A DNA stretch of 60,013 nucleotides, filler included, from Sphacelaria rigidula (taxonomy: Eukaryota): NCBI GenBank assembly GCA_964200075.2. It is 10 parts of 10 records of this genome, joined end to end, with 100 filler letters (N's around TTAATTAATTAA, not from the genome) between each part and the next. Parts side by side here need not be neighbours in the genome. Positions count along the whole stretch, not along the records: positions 6,013 to 11,924 come from CAXNAA020023549.1; positions 12,025 to 17,936 come from CAXNAA020023550.1; positions 18,037 to 23,947 come from CAXNAA020023551.1; positions 24,048 to 29,958 come from CAXNAA020023552.1; 6 more parts are not named here. The stretch is one strand, 5' to 3'. The position numbers and the translations under genes were made by a program. The stretch's first letter is position 1. Each line of letters begins with the position of its first letter. This document shows, piece after piece, positions 11,811-24,696 of the stretch. The notes under the pieces were generated by a model, which was given only the letters and a program-made list of their open reading frames with translations, had not been told where the DNA came from and made no database searches.

Positions 11811-12578
11811 TGAGACCTATAGCCTCTGCCAGACGATCTGGACAAGAGGGCCATTCAGTGAGGGACTTCTCCAGATTCCACTGGCCTCACGCTCCATAAG
11901 ACTTCTCTTAGAGCTTCCAATTCANNNNNNNNNNNNNNNNNNNNNNNNNNNNNNNNNNNNNNNNNNNNTTAATTAATTAANNNNNNNNNNNNNNNNNNNN
12001 NNNNNNNNNNNNNNNNNNNNNNNNCATGAGTCCCCCCCCCCCCCCCGCGTGCGCTAGTAGCCCTGTGGCAAAGCAATAGAGACCGTAACTCATATAGTGG
12101 CAGAATGTGAACTATATAAGCAGGAACGAGACGTGCTAGAGGGGGAAATGCGGAACGTGAACGGAGGTGGCATGAAATCGTTTGATTCATCAGACAGTAG
12201 CCCAAAAACGATGGCTATACTAGGAGAAATATGATGGCCACAGACGGCGAAACAGGGCGGGGATAAGAAATGTAAAATGTTTTTGTGTGGTGTTTGAAAT
12301 AAACGTGATAAGTACCTAAATATTGGAGGTATCTGCGTTGGGAGTAGGAACGGTGCTCCGTCTCGAAAGGGATGTGTGGTCAATGGTCAAGCGACTAAGG
12401 CAAGCAAATGAGTACGCCCACCCCTCCTAGTTGCTATTTTCCCTCTCAATTCGCGTGTTCGCTGCACGTTACAATATAAACACGGGAAAAAAAAGATGCG
12501 TAGATCAACTACGTTGAACATTCTCCCTAGCTTTATCGACTAACAAGCTTAGACATGATCTTACTATTTTCGAATAAA

Positions 12579-14120
12579 CTACATTATTGGATCGAACTCC
12601 CTATTATCACCGCTGAACTCAAATAAGAGGGTCCCACATAACAAAAAACAACACGGTGAAATCTGCCTCTTGCCTAATAGGAGATCACGATGCCTTTCGA
12701 AACTCTCTCTACCAATGGCTTCCGTCAGAATATCCATATGCTGATCTTCTGATTGAAGGTACCTCACCGATGCATCATCTCTAACGGCCGGCCCCCTGAA
12801 AAAATGGAACCGTACGACGATGTGCTTGCTGTTGGATACGCTTAAGGGATTTTCAGCTAAGTCTATTGCCCCCTTGTTGTCCTCAAAAACGCCAATGCTA
12901 TTCGACTCCAAACTGAGCATTGGGAACTCCAGAATCTCCCTCACATACAGAGCCTCCTTGACGCCATCTCCCATTGCTACATACTCTGCCTCACTGGTAT
13001 ATAAGGTGACGCACGTCCTAGAGAAGCAAGACATTACCGTACCTCCGCAGCAAATACTCACACCAGAAATGGAACGTCGGTCCTCTGCCTTGCGGGCGTA
13101 GTCAGCGTCAACGTACGTATCCAAGTCAAGCTCCAACTGAATACATTCCAAGTCGCTACTCTTCTTAAAAGGTCAGCCTATGCCCGACGTAGCATTCAAA
13201 TATTCAAGAATCTTTTGCACCGCCTTATAAAGAGCCGACTTGGGTTTATGAGAATACTGAGCGATTGCCCGAAGTGCAGTCGCGGTATAGGACCTCGTCT
13301 AGTTCGCTATCTACATATGATCTCACGCAAAAGCATACCTACCACGGACTTCTCCTCGCTTGAATGCCTGAGGTCTAAGGAAGGGTCGGCGGGGACGGGG
13401 CTTGTCTTCGAGACGTCAAGACCATTTAGCACACTTCTAATAAACTGGGTTTGTGAAATCTCCGAAGTACCATTCTCCTGATCCCTTTTGTACTCACTCC
13501 CCATGTACCGCTCTACCTCCCCGAGATGTTTAGTGGGAAATATCTGATTGAGTGCACCGACTATCACTTTAGTCATCTCCTTAGTAGCTGCAATAATAAT
13601 TTCGTCCATATGACGGACCGTCATCGCCAAAACGTCATCGGTAACCCTCAGTCGAACCACACAGGGATCTACCAACCATTGCCCGAAACCACACTCCACC
13701 AGGGTTGGCGACAATAGTTGATACCACGCACGGCCACTCTACTTCAATCCGTACAAAGCGTTGTCAACACGCGCTACCTCACCAGATACTGATCCATGAC
13801 CGGGGGGCAGACACCAGTAGATATCGGTGTCCAACTTCGACTACATGAAAGCCTGGCCAACACCCAATTGCCTCAAATCCCAGTCTAGCTTACACACCGT
13901 AGCCGTCACCAACCTGTTTGACGTAGCAGATGCCGTAGCGACAAATGCCTCAAATTAGTCTACTCCCTCTACCTGACAGTACCCTATGGGTACCATACGG
14001 GCTTTCTCCCTGTCAACCATACCATGTGAATCACCCTTCCACTTATACGACCACTAAGCATCCACAATGCTGCACCCCTCTGGAATGTCAGTCCCCTCCG
14101 CAAACGTTCCAGCAGCCATA
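12579..14120 (-). mobile_element. Ty1/copia RT-RNase H remnant (inactive)
   Basis: Motifs include KARMVPIGY.QVEGVD, ALYGLK*SGRAW, DPCV, HMDEI (the YVDD position), YVDADYA..EDRRSISG, EAEYVA, EDNKGAI and SKHI.VRFHF. There are multiple stops. Confidence 0.95.
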
Positions 14121-14123
14121 AGC

Positions 14124-17100
14124 TGTAGCAGAATGATACCAAGCCGTAGATTTCAGTATTATCTCATGCATGATTGGAGCAGTCGCAGGGGACAGGGGAT
14201 CTTGGATTGATGACCCTCATCTGTGAGGAGGAAAGTGGGCAGCAGCTTAGAGCCAGTTTAGCCCACAGACAGGAGGAGACCAACTTGAAGCGCACGGCAG
14301 AGGGGGACGCTCCGTCAGCTGGAGGACGCACAAGTCAGGCAAGAGTCTCTCCGTGAAGTGTTTGACGCATAGGCGACATGGCTCAAGCGGCGGTGGCGCC
14401 GCTGGTGTTAGGTGACCCACTACAGCCGCCAAAGTATGGTGAAGTATGGACAAAGGAGGCATCACGTTTTTTTCTCGCAGCATACCTTGAATACATACAG
14501 CGTCTGGGTCTCGCTAATGGACAGGGAAATATACGGCATGAGAGAATTAGCATAGGACAACTCATTCTTGTCTACATTCACCGCTGCTTCGAAGACATGT
14601 ACAAGGACGGTCGGGCTATGATCCCCGATGAATTGGTTGATGCTGTGAAGCAGCATGCCGGATATACTACAACCGGTGGAAAGCACGACGCTACGCGGGC
14701 TGCAGCAGACCTGCGTAGGGTACTTACAATGAAGCAAAGCGATGGAAAGTCCGTGAAGGATCGTCCTGTGATGATTATTTCAGACATGGAACGTTTTTTG
14801 CAGAAAATCTTATGGTGTAAGCCATGTACCGTGCGAAGGACAGGAGTTGGTTGCCAGGCCCGGCCGAGTCGGTTTCCATAGCTTTGGTGGACGGGATTTC
14901 GCCTCCGGAATTCAAGGCGTATGTTAGAAGTGTACTAACGTATGTTGACGGCTGGAAAAAGAGCCAGACGGTAGTGTTCAAAAACATGTTTGAGGCGGCC
15001 GACCAGTGGAAGTTTATTGAAGCACATGGCCGGCGCGACTCTGCAACAAGTGCAGGTGGTATGCGCCGTAAACACCGACAGCAACGGAACCAGCAGCCGT
15101 CTTCGCGAGCGTCGTTCACTCGCGCGTGTTACAACTGTGGCGACACTTGACACCTGGTCAAGGACTGCCCCAAGCCTCGCGCTCAAGGCGCTGCTCAAGG
15201 AAATGGGCGAGATTCATCAGGATCTCGAGGCGGTCGTCACGGTGGACGGGGCCGTGCCAATCGGGAACGCGGGCGCGGCGGCCGCGGTAGCAAGTAATCG
15301 GCGGCGGATGGTGGTTCCTCCGTGGCTGCTTTTTCCACTACGGCATCAGGTGGTGACTCTGGATCTTATGGTTCGACCGTAGCGGGGCGGACAGTATATA
15401 CATGGGAAATGCAAATACGTCAGTGGGGAGTGCTGGAGCGAATAGCTCGCAATCCCTCGGCCAGGCAGGATCCGTGACTGGTGCATTTCCTACCAGCGCC
15501 GTCTGCATATTCGGCGACTTGATCTGGTTGGACCGACGATTCGCAGCTATCGATGCCAAGTGCTGGAGGGCAGCCCTGGCGTCAGGTGGCTCTTGATGCC
15601 GACCAGGATTCTTCGGCAGGCGTGGTACCTGTCGATCGCAGGGCTGCATGCTTACGCGCAACTTTAGCCTTGCCTGGTTTTGTAGGTTCGTTCATGGCCC
15701 GCGATATTCTGGATTCTGGGTCCGCGCTCACGTCGATCGATGTGGGGTTGCTAGATCAAATGCCTTCGCAGTTCGGCAGCGCTAGGCTTCAGATTCTGTT
15801 CGAAAACGGACCGCAAACGACACAGACCGCCACGGGTGCTCCCGTGACGGTTACACATGAAACGGTGCCAATTACTGTTAGCGTGCGTACGCCGTGAGGG
15901 GCTGTGAATTTGTAGCCCATTACTTTCGCTGTCATGCCCGGTGGGGACAACGTGGTTCTATTTGGGATGGCGACAATGAAGCAGCTTGGAATTGATCTAT
16001 ATCCGCTGGCGTTGGATAAGTTACGCCCACGTGCTGTGCCCGTTCAAACCGGCGTGGAAAACCCCAGTTACCTTGCTGCAAGGCGTGTGATCGTATCCAT
16101 ACGGTCATTCCAGAGCGCCAATGAGGAGGGGGCTCCTGCTGATGAAGCGGTGGAGCGCTTGGTCGATCGGGGACCCGACATGTTCATGGACCCAGCAGAG
16201 GAGAGACGTGCACAAGAACGTGCGCTTGAGGATAGTGTGCGGCAGGCCGAGCAGAAGGGCCTGAGCGCCGATGGCGCACATCGTCTGCGCGATAATTTGG
16301 CTCGTCGCGTAGATACATTTCGCCGTGCACTGCGTGGCGATCCGCCAGCGCGCGTAGAGCCCATGAGGGTGCAGCTTAAGCCCCAGGCAAATGCGGTGAA
16401 GGCTAAGCCCAGACGGTACGATCCGGTGAAGACCGGGTGGCTTGCCTCCTTCATCGCAGCTTTGATGGCGTTTGGTTTAGTGGGTAAGAACATCCAGGCT
16501 GTGTGGGCGAGTCCGGCGATGGCGGTGCCGAAAAGGGACACATTCCGTTTGGTCAGCGACTATCAGGCGGTGAATGCGCAAGTGGAACAGTCTTCGGGGG
16601 TGATGCCAAGTCAAGAAGACATGCGGGAGTTGCTGGGAGCCCAATGCTTCGGCAAGTTGGACCTGCTACAGGGGTATTGGCAGATGCCTCTGGCGCCGGA
16701 GGCTCAGGAGATCTTCACGACCGTCACGCCCGACGGTTTGTTTACGCCTACTCGTGTCCCGTAGGGCGTATTGAACGCCACGGCGTATTTCCAAGGTGTG
16801 CTGACTGACATTTTGCGAGGTCTAGACGGTAAAGTGTGGGTGGACGACGTTTTCTTTTGTGCTGAAACCGAAGAAGCAGTGTTAGCTTTGCTTGACGAAA
16901 TTCTTGGCCGCTCGGAGAATGTAGGTCTGTTTATCGCTGCGCATAAGTGTACTCTTTCGCACGCGAAGTGGTTTGGTGTGGCAAAGTGTACTCCAAAGGT
17001 ACTGTTCCGCACGATCCCGTCCGTATTCAAGGTTTGAGCAATATGCGACGTCCTCAAACCGCTGGTGAGCTGATGCAGTTTCTGCAGGCGGTGAATTGGT

Positions 17101-17936
17101 TGCGGACTTCGCTCCCGCGCATGGCGGAAGTAGTTGCGCCGTTTCGAGTATTTCTGGAACAGCTCATGGGCGGGGCTTCGCGTCAGACCAAGCGGGTGGT
17201 GCGTAATCATACCATTCCGGAGAACGCTTGGACGGAGGATCGTGTGCGGGGATGGCGTGCTGCGCAAGATTTGGTGGAGCAAGCAGTGCCGCTGTATCAT
17301 CCTCGTCCAGGGTGGTTGTGTTGTGTTTTCAGATGCTTCGGATTTTCACTGGGGTAGCTTTTTTACGCAAGTGCCTGTCGCAGAGTTTGGTAGTGGCATT
17401 GCGCTCGAAAACATGTCACACGAACCGTTGGCTTTTCTGAGTGGTAGTTTCAAGGGTTCACAGTTGCAGTGGGCGACAGTGGACAATGAAGGTTTCGCAA
17501 TAGTCAATACATTTCGAAGGCTAAAGTACTTGCTTCGAGGTGGTGTTCGCATTTTCACCGATCATTGCAATCTCAAGTACATTTTTAACCCCGAAGAGTG
17601 TGACACATCGGCGACGAAGGCCATGGCACAAAGGCTTGAAAATTGGGAAGGAGTGCTCGGGCAATATCGGTATGCCATCGAACACATTCCTGGAGAGCGC
17701 AATTGTTGGGGAGATCTGTTGTCTCGCTGGGTGAAGGTTCGTTCTGTTGCCGTGTACAGCCCGTGTGATGCCGATGATTCCCTGCCCTCGTTAGATGTCA
17801 TTCGTACCGCGCCGCGCAAAACAGTCGGCGACGGTGTTCATTCTTTTCCCGCGACTTTCGGTCAAGCTGCTATGGCTGACGATGGTTTGTTTCGCGTGCG
17901 TGTTGGCAGTAGTGATGCTTTGTGGATTCCGTCGGA
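14124..17936 (+). mobile_element. Ty3/gypsy retrotransposon, gag-PR-RT-RNase H (inactive, truncated by contig end)
   Basis: Gag starts at 14378 and has the zinc knuckle CYNCGDT*HLVKDC. Protease ILDSGS is at about 15705. RT motifs are WASPAMAVPK, LVSDYQAVN, KLDLLQGYWQ and WVDD. RNase H motifs are FSDASD, EGFAIV, TDHCNL and NCWGDLLSR. In-frame stops and frameshifts are present. Confidence 0.95.
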
Positions 17937-18039
17937 NNNNNNNNNNNNNNNNNNNNNNNNNNNNNNNNNNNNNNNNNNNNTTAATTAATTAANNNNNNNN
18001 NNNNNNNNNNNNNNNNNNNNNNNNNNNNNNNNNNNNCTG

Positions 18040-18144
18040 TTGGGCATGGTGTGAGAAAAAATCCCAGATTGCTCCGAGAATTGAACCCACGACCCTACCG
18101 TCGGAAGGTGCCGAGGTTACCAACTGAGCCACCGGGGCGACCGG
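18040..18144 (-). mobile_element. tRNA-derived SINE head or tRNA-like repeat
   Basis: The minus strand reads ccggtcgccccggTGGCTCAGTTGGtaacctc...gtgGGTTCAATTCtcgg, giving Pol III A and B boxes. It has no proper acceptor stem. A weaker remnant lies at about 50200-50265(-). Confidence 0.65.
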
Positions 18145-19829
18145 TTACATAGGGTATCATGGATTGAAAACATCAGCATCAAGACAACGCGTTCGCAAGT
18201 AACAAAATCACTTTCCATGGTTGTGGTATATATAGTACGTGTAGATACAAAAATTCCATCGTCACCACTGTACTGTTATACTACGATCGTACTCCGGCAC
18301 AACGAACAGAAACATACGGTGAGATCAACGAACATGACATAATGATCTATCACAGTCACCACGCACCTTCAAGAAAACACCGCCGAACCAACACCGAAGA
18401 AGTATCCGTACTCGTAACAATGCGGCACACGGTGCGGCGGGGAAGGTATATCACCGCAGACAAACGCGTGGCCATCCCCATCCAACCCATCAATCCCAAA
18501 CATAATCACTTCACAGTAATGAGAATCATCTCACGAAAATGAACAATAGGTCACCGTCTATAACTATACGACTTAGTGTGCGGCGACTGCATGCATGCTG
18601 GTGGCATCCGTACTTCACGTCAAGAAACACATGAACTCAACAATATCACTTGGCTTGTTAGCCGCTTCGGACTCTTGTCCGACAGTCAATAAAATCTGCT
18701 GGTGGGGCCAAGTCCACTTACCCAGTTACCAAACAAATTTACTCACTCTGCTGGGGAAACGGGGGGGCAGGGGATGCACACCTTCGGAGCTCCGGCTGCG
18801 ACTACGCCAACTAGGTAGACGTTTACCGCATATGGACCGAACAATGACTACACCTGTTATTCATCACGCACGATCTCGTCTGCTCGCAGTGGGGCAAAGG
18901 AGTCACCCCACCCAACCAGTGAAATCCAACTCATATGGGAAAATGATCGCTACTCTCGTACTGTCCCTGGCGGACATAATCACTTTGGTGAGCTTGTCAC
19001 CCCCTAGCGAACACGAAACTCGACGATCACTGTCGTTCTAGCGTTACAGCACTGAAATGAACAAGCTCATAGCTGCCTAATAATAAACGATACATATTCA
19101 AACCGATATCGCGCATAACTCTCTCACAGTACATTCAGATACAAAAAGGACGATCTCAACAAAGAGGAATAATGGAAATCTACGAGAATAGAAAAAAAAT
19201 GCTCGAGAGGACTAACCGCAAATCCGTCACGATCCAAAGTCACCATCGTGGGTATGCTCACCACTTCTTTACAAAACAAATAGAGCACGTTGAGAAGGCT
19301 CATTGAAATGCCATCCACAGCCCCGCATGTTTCCGTCTAAAAGTTGCCAGCCCTTCCCTCATGTCCCTAAGGCCAACTTGACACAGCAACGACACTACAA
19401 ATTAAAGTACGTCAATATATCACAACCGTACGACGGCTAAATGCTTCAACCGCCGGGATTGGCCCATCATCTAGGTCTCATTTGCCCTGCTCCAACAGGT
19501 GGCGTAGTTGCCCCGACGATCGATGGTTGAGCCAAACTGAAACTTTTCCTTGCGTCAGTTTTGCTGTCGAAAAGAAAAAACAAATCTCGCCGAAAATTCG
19601 AAAAAACAAATCACAGTTCCTGCACTACACGACTAGACGAAGTTGAGGGCTCGCTGCTGAGATCCGAAAGAGGGCAGTACCTCCCGCCGTAGATCCATTC
19701 GACATACCGCAATGCTTCGAGGGAGTGCCGACATTGGCGGCAGGAGCACCGGGTGTAACAGAGGAACCGAAACAGAACGTCTCCCTGCCCTCTGCGACGA
19801 TCGGCACGAAGCCCTACTATTCCTCCTTC

Positions 19830-22800
19830 TCAGCTGAAGAACCGCTCAAGGATGTACACAGCCTTGTCGTACACCTTGCTGCTCAATTTTAGCACAAGGC
19901 GGGGGGGGGAAACAAGAGGAACGACAATCAGAACGTAAAACAAGACATGCGAAAAAACGGAGAGGGGGAGTGCGCGCCGGAAACACGGGAAAGGGATAGC
20001 AGAAAAACAAAAAAACAGCCCGCGGTGTTTTTCAATCAAGAGTTGGGAAAGGGGTTGGTGTCCGAAAAATGAAGGAAAAAGACGAGAGGAGAGGAGTGAC
20101 ATGCAGACAGACGAAAACACGTGGAGCAGCCCAAAAAAAGAAGTCGAGGACGGACCAGTAAGGACCTCACATGTTTGCGCCTCGACCAGTTTTGACGGGA
20201 AGAACTTCTTCCAATTTCATGTATAGGTTTGTGAGACTACGACAACCCAAGCACCTATTTTTTTTCCATTGGCTCCCGTCAAACGTGATCATGTTGACTA
20301 TTAATAGCAGAGCTATTCGTGGCCGACGGGGGTTTGTGAACCTCGTCTATAAGAAGGACAGCTAAGCATTTCCGACTGACTGGCGAAATATGAGCTGAAA
20401 AATGCCGAGTTCACGAGCTTGGATCCCTGAGGTTCACTTTCCGGCTGCGAAGCTTTTGGAACGCTGATCCAGAGGCGTTTCCACGTCATCGGTCGAGCCG
20501 GGAAACGTTTCCAGATGGTGCACACATGGGGGGGGCGTACTCATTTGTTGCTTGCCATAGTCGTTTGACCATTGACAACGCATCCCTTTCGAGACGCAGC
20601 ATGGGGGTGATCAACATCACGCAAAGTACTTGGCAAAAATCCGTTCAACGGCTGACCTGCTCTCGTGGTCTTGCAATTGTTCCAGACGGCTAACACCCCC
20701 CGCGTCGTCCAGCAGCTTCGACCACGGGTGACCTGCGCCCGCATCATCGTGGGACAAAATCGCAGAAATCGCCTCCAACGCAACGAGAATAGCCTGCAAA
20801 AGCGAAACATGGCCAAAAACGTGACAGTGAGAAATGTGTGCAGAAGACAGGAAAATAAGATATCCAACCGGGATCGCGAACACAGAGCTGTTTTCGATGC
20901 CCGCGCTGTTGAGGGATGGTAATATATATATGCTCATGAAGAATTCAACATGGATTCAGAGCACGGTAGCGGGGATGGTGTTGTGCGGATAACATCCAGG
21001 AAATCACTTTTACGGCCACCGTGCTAAGTAAGTATCATGCTCGACAGATGACCGTTCGAGCGAATGCGTGAAGACACCACAAGTTAAGTAACCAAAACAC
21101 CAGCGCATCGAAGTCCTCCGACAACGTAGGATGACACTCTGCAATCTTTGTTTTTCCGGGGAAAATGCTGTTCTGGTGCGAAGCCTGGCGCAGACAGACA
21201 CACATAGGAGGAGGAAAGTCGAGGTCGATCGTGTCCTTACCGGGGGAGGGGGCGGGCCGAGTTTGGCGCGCTCATCTTCCATCACGTACACCACGTTAAA
21301 TGGGGCGGAATACAGCGTTGAGTCGAAAACGCCTTTCGGAAATATTTTTCGACGGGTGTAGAGTTCGCCACGTACACAGCGGCACGTACAAAACGAGCGA
21401 ATCAACGTTCCCCAAAACTCAGAACCCAGACAATCAATACACGAAGGGCGGCACTTGAGGGGGATGACGGAAAAATCATTGGATTCAACAACCATGTGAA
21501 AAAGAAAACGAACACTGACAACTAAGCGGTGGTTTTCAGGGGAGTGGTATACCGCATGATGGTGGTACACAAGGTCATCTTGGATACGCTCACCTGCGCG
21601 TTCGACCCGTTGATAATCTCACACAGTGCGTGAATCGCCCCCAGTTGAACAAGCTGCTGCACTTGCGGAGCTATTGCGCCGCACAGAACAAAGCGGGATG
21701 AGAAACCCGAAAAGAAGACGGACACAAGACAGCGTAATAGGTGAAAATAAGAAGAAAAAAAAAGGAGAAAAAAAAACTGTTTCGTCACCTACCGGAACCT
21801 CGAAGGCCTATTCAGTCAGGATGGCTCACTTGTCACATCGTGCAACTGACGTGGGCATTGAAGAGCAGTGCGACTACTTCAACTAGCGGAACAACTTTTA
21901 TTACATGAAAAAAAACTTTCATCCGAGAAAGATGTGTGCAACGAGGTGCACGAGTCGTTCGTCCATCCAAGCTCTTCTTTTTCGGCATCAAGTTGTTCAA
22001 GTGGGCCGTCTTTACTTCCATCGTTGATGTATCTTTGAGGACAAATACATCGTATGCCAAGGAACGGGCTCGCTGTCCATTTCCTTCCTAAGCAATATAA
22101 CGAAGGAAAACGTCGCTTGACATTTCAAGCATCTTTCTCAGAAATCTCTCCGGACACAGAATCAACAGACGGCGTCCGCGCGTCTGCAAATCGACCAAAC
22201 GCTCACGGCCAGATACCAAAACCCATCCTCAAACAACTTTTTATGAATGAATGAATGAATGAATGAATGAATGAATGAATGAATGAATGAATGATATATA
22301 TGTGTACTATTTTTCGATCCATATACATTTTGTCCTTCCCTTGTCCAAGAAGTAAAGGTCAACCAACCATCCAACGGCAGGGAAGTGCAGAAACAGCTTC
22401 ACCGGGGAAACGATTTCCTCTTCTCTTACCCTGACCCGCCGTAGCGATGTTGCTAATCACAAAGTTGGCCTCCTTTTGCACGTCCCATTCCGCCAACTTC
22501 AGGTGCTCGATCACGCGGGCAACGACGTTGCCGGAGTTGCATACCACGGAAATCTGCGCCGGCGTTCCCGCCACGATATTGCTCAACATCCAGCAAGTTT
22601 CCTGACAATTTTTTATTAAAGGATCCGTCATGTTTCAAGACTCTTTCTACGATAGCGCCCCCCCCCCAACAAAGTGCCTGGTTTGGGGAGGCAAAACCTT
22701 CACGTGAATCAAAATGGAAAAAGTCAAGCACGACGAGCAGCTGGGAATTTCCACGCTTGGGTTCGTTTCAGCCAATGCCACCCATGTGAGGCGCTTCATG

Positions 22801-23872
22801 CAGCCTGTACCCAGACTTCAGGCGCTGTATGCCCATTATTTTCGTGACACTTTTGGGCACCCATACGAGGCGCTTCATGCAGCATGAACCCAGATATCAG
22901 GCGCTGTAGGACCATTTTCACTCCTTGGTATCGAATATAAAATGTGAAGACGAAAAAATGCTGTGGCGACAACTTATGCTCATCAACGTCTTCATCTACA
23001 GAGGTTGGTCTCTATTCTGAAGCATCAACGGCTGGGATGAGTACAGGATGCCATTCCCGCATTGTTCACCAAACATACAGTAGTGGGCGGTCTAACTATT
23101 CAGCGAGGTTTTGGGGTTTTCCTCGCGCACTACCCTTCGAGGGAACTCGAAATTGCTAGCGGCGGTAGATTTTGGTACAATAAACAGATCATTCTCGAAA
23201 CACAGTGCCCAAGTTAGTGCTAGCTGGTGTCATCGGGCGATACGAGTAAATTCCCCGTTCATCAGGAGGGTGTTGTTGACCGTGAAACACAGTTTTTTGG
23301 CTCTAGAGCAATGAGTAGGCAGAATTTCATAAAAATAAAACTGTACATGTTTTGAGAAATATGATCGGGACAGGCTTGATCGACCGAACATACCGAAGAG
23401 TAAGAATCTGGGCTGAAACGTGGCAGGACCCCCGATGACCGGTCATCCCGTAAGTCATTCAATATCGAGTATAGTTTTTTTTTTTTCTTGGAATGTGGAG
23501 CGGAAACAAACATCTTCAGATCCCCAATGTGACAAGCGGTGGCGAGCGAAAAGAGCCCAAGAAAACCGCCAACAACGAATAAATCACAAAATGCCTCAAA
23601 ATGAATAGTTAGACCGCCCACTGTACACGTCTGCACCACATGCGAAATCTCCGCGTTATTTTCTCCTCGAGCTACTTGAGCGCTTTCTCGACCTCATATA
23701 GCTCTCTTTTTTTCAACTAACCGCTGATAGCGCGAGTCATGTCCTTGCTTAGGTGGACCATCGTCTCGATCCAACACAACACGTTCACATTTCAACCAAC
23801 CTTGCGAATGCCCTCCTTGGCATGGGTGAGCAACACCTCCAAGTGGGGAAGCACGCCCGCGCCCAAAACTTC
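19830..23872 (-). CDS. Importin-alpha (karyopherin alpha) family, 3' part; exons 23872-23801, 22601-22430, 21670-21594, 20793-20657, 19878-19830; last exon appears damaged
   Basis: All junctions are AG/GT and phase-consistent. The peptide EVLGAGVLPHLEVLLTHAKEGIRK|ETCWMLSNIVAG...WDVQKEANFVISNIATAGQ|APQVQQLVQLGAIHALCEII..|..LVALEAISAIL..DAGGVSRLEQLQDHES|SKVYDKAVYILERFFS matches the C-terminal ARM repeats of importin-alpha. Confidence 0.92.
22244..22294. repeat. (TGAA)n microsatellite
   Basis: About 12 perfect units. Confidence 0.95.
22639..22920 (+). mobile_element. Truncated and rearranged copy of the GACAC-TIR MITE
   Basis: The left TIR and body match 7058-7306. The right TIR is missing and the gaggcgcttcatgcagc segment is duplicated. 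Confidence 0.8.
23078..23623. mobile_element. About 550-bp Tc1/mariner-type MITE (TA TSD)
   Basis: Ends read TA|CAGTAGTGGGCGGTCTAACTATTCA ... TGAATAGTTAGACCGCCCACTG|TA. It is colinear with the copy at 43042-43589. Confidence 0.88.
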
Positions 23873-24495
23873 CTGGCGAAAATAATAAAGGAAGAAAAGG
23901 GGCGAAAGAAAGTGAAAAAAAAAAAAGGGGGGGGGGGCGGGGGGGGGNNNNNNNNNNNNNNNNNNNNNNNNNNNNNNNNNNNNNNNNNNNNTTAATTAAT
24001 TAANNNNNNNNNNNNNNNNNNNNNNNNNNNNNNNNNNNNNNNNNNNNCCCCCCCCTCCTTCGACGAGTTACACAGTGTGTCCCGCCAAAACCACCGACCA
24101 CCTACAAGCTGATTCACGTTTCGAAAATTCATTCATTCGCAAATGTCCACGCCGATTCTTGGCGTTAGACTCTGAAACATGCAATTATTGTGATACATTA
24201 CGACAACTTTAGTAAATATTTTATTTCGGCATTTATTTTTTTCGAGTATCGGGAGTCCTGGGAGTTTGAGAAGAATTTTAAAGATCGAACACCTTCAGGA
24301 ACCTCTGATAACAGGGCGGGAAAAATGATCAAATGACCCCATTGATGAAAAGTTTCGTATTATCACATGGTATGTGTGCAAATTTCAGAGACTTGAATCT
24401 GGGAATCGGCGCGAACATCTTGCGCTTTTGCGCGATAAAAGTGAGCTGGAAAGGAACGAGGTCCTAGCTTCTAGATTTTCGTATTGAAACTTACA

Positions 24496-24696
24496 AGGGC
24501 AGGTCGAGTAGAGTGTACTCAATTGCGTGGTGTTTTGAAATACGTACTTGGGGTACTCAAGTTGGGGTAGAGTGTTGGGAGTCGTACCCGAAAAATAGCT
24601 GGGAAGTGAATCCTGAAATTCTACCCCCAATTTGTGTACTTTGAGTACAACTTTCAAAATACCCCGCAATGGAGTAAACTCTACTCGACCTACCCT
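24496..24696. mobile_element. About 200-bp MITE with long TIRs (AGGGTAGGTCGAGTAGAGT...); partial second copy at 29839-29958
   Basis: Imperfect inverted ends of about 45 bp. The second copy is cut by the contig end. Confidence 0.8.
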
